The position numbers and the translations under genes are program-made. Under the pieces are notes generated by a model that had not been told where the DNA came from, did no database searches, and was given only the letters and a program-made list of their open reading frames with translations. Positions 8,391 to 15,926 of a stretch of 34,261 nucleotides of DNA are shown in pieces. Position 1 is the first letter of the stretch; each line of letters begins with the position of its first letter. Origin of the DNA: Candidatus Aenigmatarchaeota archaeon (GTDB taxonomy: Archaea > Aenigmatarchaeota > Aenigmatarchaeia > PWEA01); assembly GCA_003555465.1 (NCBI GenBank), contig PWIB01000024.1, positions 1 to 34,261 on the forward strand. Direction: 5' to 3'.

Positions 8391-9419
8391 TTACTTCGCA
8401 AGTGTTGTAACGTCCTTGGAAACCACCACTACATTTTCTACATCGTCTGATTCAGTATGCTTAACAGGACTTAGAGTTCTGAGGAAATGTCTCTCAGGAT
8501 CTTCCCATGAGTGCCTGTGTTTAACTGTCTTCCCGGTTTCAAAAACCTCCCCTACCTTCTTCCTGAATTCCTCCGTTTCCTCTTCATCATGGAAAAATTC
8601 GAACTTCTCACCGATTATCTCGTTTTCACTGGCGTCTATTCTCCGTGTCAGTTCCTCGTTGACAAGTACGTAACGATAGTCTTCGTCTACCATGTAGATG
8701 GAGTCATCGGAAGCGTTGATTAAAGATCTCAGTCTTTCCTTCGTCCTCCTGACTTCCTCCGTTCTTTCCTTTACAAGCTCCTCCAGCCTTTCTCTGTACT
8801 TCTCACACTGCTTCCTAGCTTTCTTTCTTTCGGTTATATCCTTGAAAATGAGAGTAATTCCGGTCATGCCGTTCTGGAAGGTAGTTGGTATCATATCCAC
8901 TTCCAAATAGCATGCATCCGAACCTTCACCGAAGGAAACCTCCACATTTCTCTCTTCATCCTCGTTCAAGGCAGACTGTATCTCAGGTATAACGCTTCCA
9001 CTGGGGAATGCAGGAACGGATTCATCTTCACCTTCGTTCCTCTCGAAAGGAGGTATACCAATCTCATCCACAGACTCTCCTAGTACTTCCTCTTTCTCCA
9101 GATTAAAGCTCTCAAAGAAATTTCTGTTGGCCTGGACAAGTTTCATAGACTTGTCAAGCACGGCTATAGAATCATCGCTGTAGTCAAGTACAGCACTCAA
9201 AGGAACCTTTTCCGAAAGGCTGTAGACCTTTGCAGGACCTATCCTTTTTCTTTCAACTTCACCGGATATCGTTAAAATCTCCAGGTATTTCGCCACAGAG
9301 TTTCTGTTTAGATCCACTTCCCTTGAGATATCCCTTATAGTCATTCCACTGGGATTGTCCTCTAAAACCTGCTTTATCTCTCTGATGTTGCCATTCTTCC
9401 TGGGAGTTTTAGAATTCAT
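8391..9419 (-). CDS. One-component regulator: N-terminal winged HTH plus two PAS domains
   Basis: GMTIRDISREVDLNRNSVAKYLEIL...GPAKVY wHTH; PAS1 ending FKDITERK; coiled coil LEELVKERT; PAS2 ending SKDVT; no kinase domain. Confidence 0.85.
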   Translation of the reverse strand: MNSKTPRKNGNIREIKQVLEDNPSGMTIRDISREVDLNRNSVAKYLEILTISGEVERKRIGPAKVYSLSEKVPLSAVLDYSDDSIAVLDKSMKLVQANRNFFESFNLEKEEVLGESVDEIGIPPFERNEGEDESVPAFPSGSVIPEIQSALNEDEERNVEVSFGEGSDACYLEVDMIPTTFQNGMTGITLIFKDITERKKARKQCEKYRERLEELVKERTEEVRRTKERLRSLINASDDSIYMVDEDYRYVLVNEELTRRIDASENEIIGEKFEFFHDEEETEEFRKKVGEVFETGKTVKHRHSWEDPERHFLRTLSPVKHTESDDVENVVVVSKDVTTLAK

Positions 9420-9462
9420 CTATAACTAAGTTTCTCTCAGTAAAGGTTTTTATGCTTTACGG

Positions 9463-9490
9463 TTTTGCATATCACTACTGATTTGCAAAA
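9463..9490. promoter_or_regulatory. 28-bp imperfect palindrome, putative operator between divergent promoters
   Basis: TTTTGCA-T-ATCA-ctac-TGAT-T-TGCAAAA; TATA-like elements at about 9446-9453 (minus) and 9499-9506 (plus). Confidence 0.6.
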
Positions 9491-9637
9491 ACACAAACTT
9501 TAAGTATTTCGAACCGTAATATTCAATTCCCTCGCATAGCAGTTTGTGTCTAAGCGAGGGTTGGGGGCCGAAAAGCAGCTACCTAGTCCTTAGTACCCTG
9601 AATACGTAATCTAAACCTGGGAAAAGAAAACGACTAG

Positions 9638-9841
9638 ATGGGGGTGTCTCGTATCAAGTACGCATTGAAAGATCTTCAAAACCTCTCCGAAAAGCTTTCG
9701 GAAAATCTCAGGATCGAAGGAAAAAGAGTAAACGAGCTCATAAGCATCATGATTTTCTTCAGAGAAGGAAGCATTGACCTGGAAACTGCAGTAAAGGACA
9801 TCGACTCGATCTACGAAAGCGAATTCATTTTCAGGAGGTGA
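9638..9841 (+). CDS. Small hypothetical protein (67 aa, predicted helical)
   Basis: ORF downstream of a TATA box and structured leader; its stop lies inside the GGAGGTGA SD of the next ORF. Confidence 0.5.
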   Translation: MGVSRIKYALKDLQNLSEKLSENLRIEGKRVNELISIMIFFREGSIDLETAVKDIDSIYESEFIFRR

Positions 9842-9845
9842 GAAA

Positions 9846-9980
9846 ATGAGGAAAGACGATTCCTGTCCTCGCTGCCACAGCAAGGTAGTGTCGAACGCAT
9901 TGGAATGTCCGAAGTGCGGAGTAAAACTGAGGATAATTGATGAAAGCAGCGGACGTGGAATTCTTGAGGGTGCTATATAG
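9846..9980 (+). CDS. 44-aa zinc-ribbon microprotein (CPxC...CPxCG), absent from the ORF track
   Basis: MRKDDSCPRCHSKVVSNALECPKCGVKLRIIDESSGRGILEGAI; strong SD GGAGGTGA at 9834-9841. Confidence 0.75.
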   Translation: MRKDDSCPRCHSKVVSNALECPKCGVKLRIIDESSGRGILEGAI

Positions 9981-10122
9981 AACATAAACAAAGGATTGAG
10001 TATCCATAGCTTCTAAAGTAAAGGCCAAAGGTTCCGTTCTGTATATGCCTTTCTATTTCCTAGCTGCTTAACAACCTGTTAAGAAAAACTTTAAGTTTGT
10101 TATAACGTAAATTTCTGATAAG

Positions 10123-10533
10123 ATGAAGGTATTAACTGACAAGGTAACTTTTTCGACCTCCGACGAGGAGGTAAAGGACCTGACAAAAGAGGTACAGAGA
10201 AAGGTAAAGGAGTCTGGAGTAGAGGAAGGGATATGTCTTCTCTTTGCTCCACACGCGACAGGAGTTTTAATTCTCAACGAGAACGAGGAGGGAATTAAAC
10301 AAGACTATCTGAAAGCTTTGAATAAAATAGTTCCCAAGGAAAAAGACTGGAGCCATGATCGGATAGACAACAATGCCCATGCACACATCAAAAGCGCCTT
10401 GGTGGGAACCGACAGAACAGTACCTATAACCGACGGGAAGCTGGACCTTGGGACCTGGCAGAACGTGTTTTTCATAGAGACCGATGGTCCTAGAAGGAAA
10501 AGAACTGTGAAACTGAAGCTTTTGGGAGAGTAA
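10123..10533 (+). CDS. yjbQ: YjbQ/UPF0047 family protein
   Basis: PHATG, NENE, H...DNNAHAHIKSAL, LGTWQ, ETDGPRR. Confidence 0.93.
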   Translation: MKVLTDKVTFSTSDEEVKDLTKEVQRKVKESGVEEGICLLFAPHATGVLILNENEEGIKQDYLKALNKIVPKEKDWSHDRIDNNAHAHIKSALVGTDRTVPITDGKLDLGTWQNVFFIETDGPRRKRTVKLKLLGE

Positions 10534-10542
10534 TAATCAGTC

Positions 10543-10977
10543 TCAGAGCTCCAAAGTCTGAGAACGTTCAGGGGCACCTACAGGAGCAACTTCGACCTCG
10601 TCAGCTTCAGTCATGCTACCTTCAAGCTCAGTTCCTGTTAGGTTAAGGGTCTGGGCATGCCCTGAAGAAAGAGAGCTGTTTTCGACTTCCAGGGACTCTG
10701 CCACGTCGCCGTAGACTGTAACTACAAAGCCTTCGATATCGTTCTGGCCTGAGTTTCTAACTGCAATGTTATCGTTTTCCTCATCGATGTCTATTATCTC
10801 TATATCGGTGAAGATAGACCCGACCGGGTCCTCTTCCTCTATCTCTCCGCCCCAGTCCTCGGCAAGATCCATGAAAAGAGTAGAAGCTATCGCTGCCACA
10901 GCTATTACGAAGGCTATGAGTATTACGGACGCTATCAGCGGAGAAATACCTTCCTTACTGTTAAAAACTACCTTCAT
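10543..10977 (-). CDS. Archaeal type IV pilin-like protein (class III signal peptide)
   Basis: KEG/ISPLIASVILIAFVIAVAAI prepilin N-terminus; VRNSGQ..I motif. Confidence 0.85.
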   Translation of the reverse strand: MKVVFNSKEGISPLIASVILIAFVIAVAAIASTLFMDLAEDWGGEIEEEDPVGSIFTDIEIIDIDEENDNIAVRNSGQNDIEGFVVTVYGDVAESLEVENSSLSSGHAQTLNLTGTELEGSMTEADEVEVAPVGAPERSQTLEL

Positions 10978-11146
10978 CGTTCAATACATCGATTTCAATA
11001 TAAAAAAAGGTTAAGATTTGATGACCGAAACCTATTTAAGTGTCGGGACTTCTACTATCAGGGAGAAAAAGAGAAGGTTAACAAGAAAGGGTATAAAGAT
11101 GCTTTTTCTTGTCTTCACTCGATAACGAATTTAGGAGGTAATTTGA

Positions 11147-12274
11147 ATGCAACAGTTTGCAGATTTCAATCTTTCAAACCAGATTTTAAAATCTATAGAG
11201 GACAAGGACTTCGAAAGTCCTACACAAATACAGGAAAAGGCCATTCCGCCAATAATGGAGGGTAAAGATGTTATAGCTGGCTCCGCAACGGGGTCGGGTA
11301 AAACACTTGCCTTTGCGGCAGGACTTGTGGAGAACGTGGATCCTGACAAGGACGTAATACAGGGTCTTGTTCTGGCACCGACGAGAGAACTAGCAAAGCA
11401 GGTCAGTAACATGGTGGACGACTTTTCTAGACACCATGAGTACGACATAGCAACAATACATGGAGGAGTTCCATACGAGCCGCAGTACAAAGCGCTCAGC
11501 AAAGCCGAAATAGTAGTATCTACACCAGGAAGGCTCCTAGACCTTATAGGTAAAGGGAGAGTTGACCTATCCAACGTCAACACCTTCGTTTTAGACGAAG
11601 CTGACAGGATGCTTGACATGGGATTCATAGACGACGTAGAAGAGATAATGCAGGAGACGCCAGAGGAAAAACAGACTGTATTCACATCGGCGACTATAAA
11701 GGGAGAGATTCTGAAGCTCGCTGACAGATACATGGATGATCCTGTAAAGACCTTTGCAGAGAGGAAGGTGGATCCGGAGAAACTTGAGCAGGTGTACTAC
11801 GATATACCCGGGCACCTCAAGCTATCGCTTCTGGTTCATCTGTTGGACGAAGAGGAGACAGACCTTTCGATGGTTTTCTGTAATACGAGAAGGACTGTAG
11901 AGTTTGTGGAGAAAAATCTGAAGAACCAAGACATAAGAGCACAGGCAATCCATGGAGGCTTTTCTCAGAATCAGAGGGACAGAGCCATGGAGAAGTTCGA
12001 GGAAGGAAACATAGACGTTTTAGTATGTACGGATGTCGCTGCAAGAGGTCTGGATATAGACAATATCTCCCACATCTACAACTTCGACATACCCAACGAC
12101 AGCAAGCAGTATATGCATAGAATTGGAAGAACGGCCAGGGCCGGAGAGGAGGGTAAAGCTATCAACCTCTTGGAAAAGGATCAACATGAAGACTTCCGCA
12201 GAGTACTGAAGGACAACGACGTAAACGTAGACAAGGCAGAGACACCTTACGTAGACAAGGTGAACATCAAGTAG
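11147..12274 (+). CDS. DEAD-box RNA helicase (minimal core)
   Basis: Q-motif, ATGSGKT, PTRELA, TPGRL, DEAD, SAT, ARGLD, HRIGRTAR; SD AGGAGGT. Confidence 0.96.
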   Translation: MQQFADFNLSNQILKSIEDKDFESPTQIQEKAIPPIMEGKDVIAGSATGSGKTLAFAAGLVENVDPDKDVIQGLVLAPTRELAKQVSNMVDDFSRHHEYDIATIHGGVPYEPQYKALSKAEIVVSTPGRLLDLIGKGRVDLSNVNTFVLDEADRMLDMGFIDDVEEIMQETPEEKQTVFTSATIKGEILKLADRYMDDPVKTFAERKVDPEKLEQVYYDIPGHLKLSLLVHLLDEEETDLSMVFCNTRRTVEFVEKNLKNQDIRAQAIHGGFSQNQRDRAMEKFEEGNIDVLVCTDVAARGLDIDNISHIYNFDIPNDSKQYMHRIGRTARAGEEGKAINLLEKDQHEDFRRVLKDNDVNVDKAETPYVDKVNIK

Positions 12275-13388
12275 TTCGGTCCATGAACTCGTTAAGCTTC
12301 TCCAAACTCTTCATTTTCTCTTTCTTTCCTATTTTTGCTTTCTCCAGGGCTTCCTTTAGGAACTGTATAGAACTGTCGTATTCCTCCCTATCGACAGGCC
12401 TAGGATAACCGTCCTTACCTCCATGTGCATAGCTGTACTTAGCCGGATCCTTCCAATCGTTCTCGGTTCCATGGACAAGCTGTGCCACCAGGGCCAGAGC
12501 TCTGAGGGACTTCTTCCCTACACCTTCGGTTTCGACGAGTTCCTCGTAGTTTTCCGGCTGCCTCTGCTCTGCCTTCTTGAGGTTTTTCAGAGTCTGCTGA
12601 GTCAGTTCGGACACCCTAACGTCATGGTGTGAAGGCATATCCAGTTCTTTCTTCATTTTCGGTGAACCCGAAAAATTGAATACAGAGGTCTGGCTCTTCG
12701 GTTTGAGGTACCTTTCAAGGTGCTCGGGTCCGTCGTTGACCAGGTCCACAGAAACTTCTCTGGTCTCTTCGGAAAGTCTGGAAGTCAGGTTGAGGACTCT
12801 GTCCTCTCTTTGCTGTGCCGAAATTCCCCTATGAGGCTCTTCGACGAAACTATTCACGCGGTCTGAAAGCCAGTGGTAGCGTCGGGCGTACCTGTCTCCA
12901 GGATTCATGCCCTGCTGTACGACAGTCCAGTCCCCCTTTTCAGTGAAGATAAGCACGTGGTGGTAAAGGTTGTATTTATCTTGAACGCAGTTAGAGTCGA
13001 CCTTGGCGGAGAGTTTACTGGTCTCCGCAAGCTCCTCAAGTGTCGAGAAGTTGCATATATCTGAGCTGAGAATTTCATCCGGAGCTTTTCTTGACGTGGA
13101 GCCCTTTCCACCGACCACCTTTATGCCATGCTCCTCCTCGTCCAGGGCTTCCTTTAGAGCGCCGGTAAGAGTCGTTGTAAGCCCCGATGAGTGCCAGTCA
13201 AACCCTACGACGCAACCCAGCGACTGAAACCAGTATGGATCGGAAAGTCTCTGTAGAAGCTCTTCCTGGCTGTACTCGTGAATCACGACCTCTGATATAG
13301 CGCCGGTTAGTTTTTCCATTCTCTTGAATAGCCAGCGAGGCGCTTTACCTCCGTGAAGCGGAAGGTCCGCGGAGCCTGTTTTCTCCAT
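12267..13388 (-). CDS. DUF763 domain protein
   Basis: ADLPLHGGKAPRWLF, WFQSLGCVVGFDWHSSGLTT, VQQGMN, ARRYHW, AHGGKDG. Confidence 0.92.
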   Translation of the reverse strand: MEKTGSADLPLHGGKAPRWLFKRMEKLTGAISEVVIHEYSQEELLQRLSDPYWFQSLGCVVGFDWHSSGLTTTLTGALKEALDEEEHGIKVVGGKGSTSRKAPDEILSSDICNFSTLEELAETSKLSAKVDSNCVQDKYNLYHHVLIFTEKGDWTVVQQGMNPGDRYARRYHWLSDRVNSFVEEPHRGISAQQREDRVLNLTSRLSEETREVSVDLVNDGPEHLERYLKPKSQTSVFNFSGSPKMKKELDMPSHHDVRVSELTQQTLKNLKKAEQRQPENYEELVETEGVGKKSLRALALVAQLVHGTENDWKDPAKYSYAHGGKDGYPRPVDREEYDSSIQFLKEALEKAKIGKKEKMKSLEKLNEFMDRTT

Positions 13389-13440
13389 GAATACCTCCAA
13401 GTTTAAGTTTGCCTCTCACAAATATTAGTTTGGTGGTTAT

Positions 13441-14049
13441 CTGAACAGAAAGGAGTGTAAAAGGCAGCTTGTTCACCTATCAGGTGTCTTTCTTGCTGTG
13501 ATTACCCTGAGTCTAGGCAAGAGGGTAACCGGAATAGCTGCACTTTCTATAGCCGCTTTTCTACTATTCCTTTCTTGGTGGGTCAGGAACAAGGACAAGA
13601 TAAGGAAGAAGCTTCCCGTGAGGTTAGAGGAATGGGAGGAGATCGAGGACGAGACCTACAGGTTCATAAACTCCTTTGAGAGGGAGGAAGACCTGAAGGA
13701 GAGGCCTTACATAGGAGCTATAATGTTTATGGTGGCAATTGGTTTTACCCTATTAGTCTTTCCTGAAACCGCCGCAATCCTTGCTGTTCTTATACTTTCA
13801 ATAAGCGACTCGGCATCAACTCTTGTAGGAATACATCTCGGTGTGACGGACCTCCCTCACAACCGTGACAAGAGCTTCGAAGGTTCATCTGCGTTCTTCC
13901 TTACTTCCATAACTTTAGCACTTCTCTTTACGTCTCCCCTTAACTCAGCTATAATAGCTCTCGGAGGCGCTTTTGCGGAATCGCTTCCACGTGTGGACGA
14001 CAATTTCTCTGTACCGATAACAGTAGCTCTTCTCTTCATAATTCTCTAG
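13441..14049 (+). CDS. Dolichol/phytol kinase-like (CTP-dependent) membrane kinase; probable CTG start
   Basis: ECKRQLVH N-terminal motif upstream of the annotated GTG, SISDSASTLVG, KSFEGS, ES...DDNF. Confidence 0.8.
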   Translation: MNRKECKRQLVHLSGVFLAVITLSLGKRVTGIAALSIAAFLLFLSWWVRNKDKIRKKLPVRLEEWEEIEDETYRFINSFEREEDLKERPYIGAIMFMVAIGFTLLVFPETAAILAVLILSISDSASTLVGIHLGVTDLPHNRDKSFEGSSAFFLTSITLALLFTSPLNSAIIALGGAFAESLPRVDDNFSVPITVALLFIIL

Positions 14050-14055
14050 AAGTGT

Positions 14056-14847
14056 TCAAAGAAGGTCGTCGAGCACGTTCTGTATCCTCTCGAAGTCCTT
14101 TATCGTGCATTCGTAGACCCTTTTGTCGGGAAGACTTCCTTCCAGATCCTTTACTTCTTCTTCGTCCAGATCCAGAAAATGGGCGGAATCTTTGAGGGAG
14201 TTCTTTACAAGCTTTCGTTTGTGGTGGAAAGCTGCTTTAACTATCTTCCAGAACTCCCTGTCCTTCCCTTCCACATCCTTCTTTTCAAGCCTAACCACAG
14301 CAGAGTCAGTAACCGGCTCAGGATGGAACTTATCGGAGGTTATAACCCTGACCAACTCTGTGTCGCAGTGGTAGTTTACCTTGAGGGCCATGCGAGAGTT
14401 GTTCATGGTTCCAGGTTTACCTGTAAGTCTTTCGGCGAACTCCTTCTGGTAGATAAGGACTGCAAGGTCCCAGTCGAGGTTCAGAAGTTTGAAGGTCAGG
14501 GGTGTAGAAACGGAGTATGGAAGGTTCGAAACTATCTTGTTGAACTCGAGGTTCTTCAGGTGCGTGGACATAACGTCTCTCTGAAGAACTGTTATATTGT
14601 CCAGTTCGAGATGTCTCAAAACCGCAGCCATCCTGCCGTCCTTTTCTATAGCTGTAACCTGGCAGGTTTGGGCTATATACTTGGTCAGGTTGCCTATACC
14701 GGCGCCTATTTCGAGAACCCTGTCCCCTTCTTCCAGATTCGCAAGCTCCACGACTTCCTTCTGTATGTCTTCGTCCTCTATGAATATCTGATCTTTATGC
14801 TCCTTCGGCTCAAGGTTATACTTCCTTAGAACCTTCTTTACTTTCAT
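14056..14847 (-). CDS. rsmA: 16S rRNA m6,2A dimethyltransferase RsmA/KsgA/Dim1
   Basis: DQIF, VLEIGAGIGNLT, IEKD, VSNLPYSVS, QKEFAERL, F.P.P..DSAVV. Confidence 0.94.
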   Translation of the reverse strand: MKVKKVLRKYNLEPKEHKDQIFIEDEDIQKEVVELANLEEGDRVLEIGAGIGNLTKYIAQTCQVTAIEKDGRMAAVLRHLELDNITVLQRDVMSTHLKNLEFNKIVSNLPYSVSTPLTFKLLNLDWDLAVLIYQKEFAERLTGKPGTMNNSRMALKVNYHCDTELVRVITSDKFHPEPVTDSAVVRLEKKDVEGKDREFWKIVKAAFHHKRKLVKNSLKDSAHFLDLDEEEVKDLEGSLPDKRVYECTIKDFERIQNVLDDLL

Positions 14848-14900
14848 TCCGCATAACCCCAATGTATTTATAACCTACAAATTAAAATAGTTTGACCTAT

Positions 14901-15045
14901 GGGCCGGTGGTGTAGCCAGAAGAAAAGGTTCCTTTTCATTTTGTAGGAACCTAGCTTCCTACAATGGACTAGCATCGGGGCTTTGGGAGCCTCAGACAGG
15001 AGAGGTCCTTTGGACCCCTGAATTCAAATCTCCTCCGGCCCACCA
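14901..15045 (+). tRNA. tRNA-Pro(TGG) with two non-canonical introns: D-loop (14918-14964, 47 nt) and T-arm 53/54 (15003-15022, 20 nt); CCA encoded
   Basis: Acceptor GGGCCGG/CCGGCCC; anticodon arm GGGGC-TTTGGGA-GCCTC; T-stem AGGAG/CTCCT with TTCAAAT loop after splicing. BHB1: GTAG-CCA-GAAG / CTTC-CTAC-AAT. BHB2: GA-CAGG-AGA-GGTCC / GGACC-CCTG-AAT-TC. Confidence 0.92.
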
Positions 15046-15768
15046 ATCCTTTATCCTTTTTGGATTTCTTGGTTCAATTTTTCTAAGAAATTCCCTTGCT
15101 TCGTCTTTTGTAAGATAGACAAAGTTCATTGTATTATGACCCTCCCTATTGTCTTTATAGTTATAGAAAGTTGGATCGAAATCCAACCTTTCAATTAATT
15201 CTGAAATTTGATTTATCATATCTTTCGACGTACCAAAGAAGGATGCCTTTGGATAATCTTTATAACAATAACCATCAGAATCCAAATATCCTCTAAGAAA
15301 ACTCTTTATGAAGCATTCTTGGTGATCAAGTTCCTTTAATCTTACACTATAAGTCTTCTCATCCTGCCATTCTAAATATTCTGATATGAAATTCCTTATC
15401 CTCTTTGACACATATCTAACTTCTATTAGGTTCGCTTTATTGTATTTAAAAATATTTGGATCCTTATTGAACAGATCAGATAAAATTTCTTTTAGACTTT
15501 CCACATATTTATTCTCATCCCCGGAAAAATACAGCCTTATTCTGTGTCCGCCACATGACTTGTGGTAACTCCCATCACCTGCAAATACACCTAAAAATTC
15601 ACCGATTAATTCTTCACATTTATTTATGGATACTTCTTTGTAAGTCTTTCCAAAATTCTTCTTTATATGATAATAAGCTGTACTCTTACCTACGTTTAAT
15701 TCTTCACATATCTCAGTTAAGGACAAGCCATTTTCTCTGAGCTCAACAACCTTTTCTCCAAGAGACAT
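14992..15768 (-). CDS. Free-standing LAGLIDADG homing endonuclease with N-terminal HTH
   Basis: HTH (LRENGLSLTEICEELNVGKSTAYYH); two motifs EFLGVFAGDGS and FLRGYLDSDG; no intein splicing motifs; C-terminus runs antisense into tRNA-Pro; visibly AT-rich. Confidence 0.9.
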   Translation of the reverse strand: MSLGEKVVELRENGLSLTEICEELNVGKSTAYYHIKKNFGKTYKEVSINKCEELIGEFLGVFAGDGSYHKSCGGHRIRLYFSGDENKYVESLKEILSDLFNKDPNIFKYNKANLIEVRYVSKRIRNFISEYLEWQDEKTYSVRLKELDHQECFIKSFLRGYLDSDGYCYKDYPKASFFGTSKDMINQISELIERLDFDPTFYNYKDNREGHNTMNFVYLTKDEAREFLRKIEPRNPKRIKDWWAGGDLNSGVQRTSPV

Positions 15769-15882
15769 CTAATAATCCTCTAAAAGGTCCTCTATCACAT
15801 CGTTTACTTTCCTTCTATCCCCCTCGATTTTCATTTTCATTAATTTTTCCCATACACCCTCCGATACTTTGATGTTTTTCAT
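15769..15882 (-). CDS. 37-aa ribbon-helix-helix (CopG/VapB-antitoxin-like) protein, absent from the ORF track
   Basis: MKNIKVSEGVWEKLMKMKIEGDRRKVNDVIEDLLEDY fits the RHH pattern (I.VS....E.L...K.......DVI..LL); its TAG directly abuts the endonuclease ATG; TATA/BRE-like CAAAAAACATATAAAG about 30 nt upstream. Confidence 0.75.
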   Translation of the reverse strand: MKNIKVSEGVWEKLMKMKIEGDRRKVNDVIEDLLEDY

Positions 15883-15926
15883 GTTTATCTTTTTATACTT
15901 CTATCTTTATATGTTTTTTGATCCAG

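Noticed and set aside
12267-12274. DEAD-box helicase lacks a C-terminal tail and overlaps DUF763 by 8 nt (possible truncation)
   Set aside because: All helicase motifs are intact, minimal archaeal DEAD-box proteins are known, and short convergent overlaps are common.
14179-14829. Long antisense or alternative-frame ORFs (e.g. 14179-14829, 17321-17998, 29544-30221, 11131-11733)
   Set aside because: Shadows of well-supported genes on the opposite strand, with Ser/Phe/Leu-rich composition and no recognisable motifs.
15003-15926. Reading the whole endonuclease cassette as one giant tRNA intron with the 3' exon at 15926
   Set aside because: The downstream T-stem strand CACGG cannot pair with AGGAG, no BHB is visible there, the ORF is antisense, and a complete tRNA 3' end with CCA already exists at 15023-15045.
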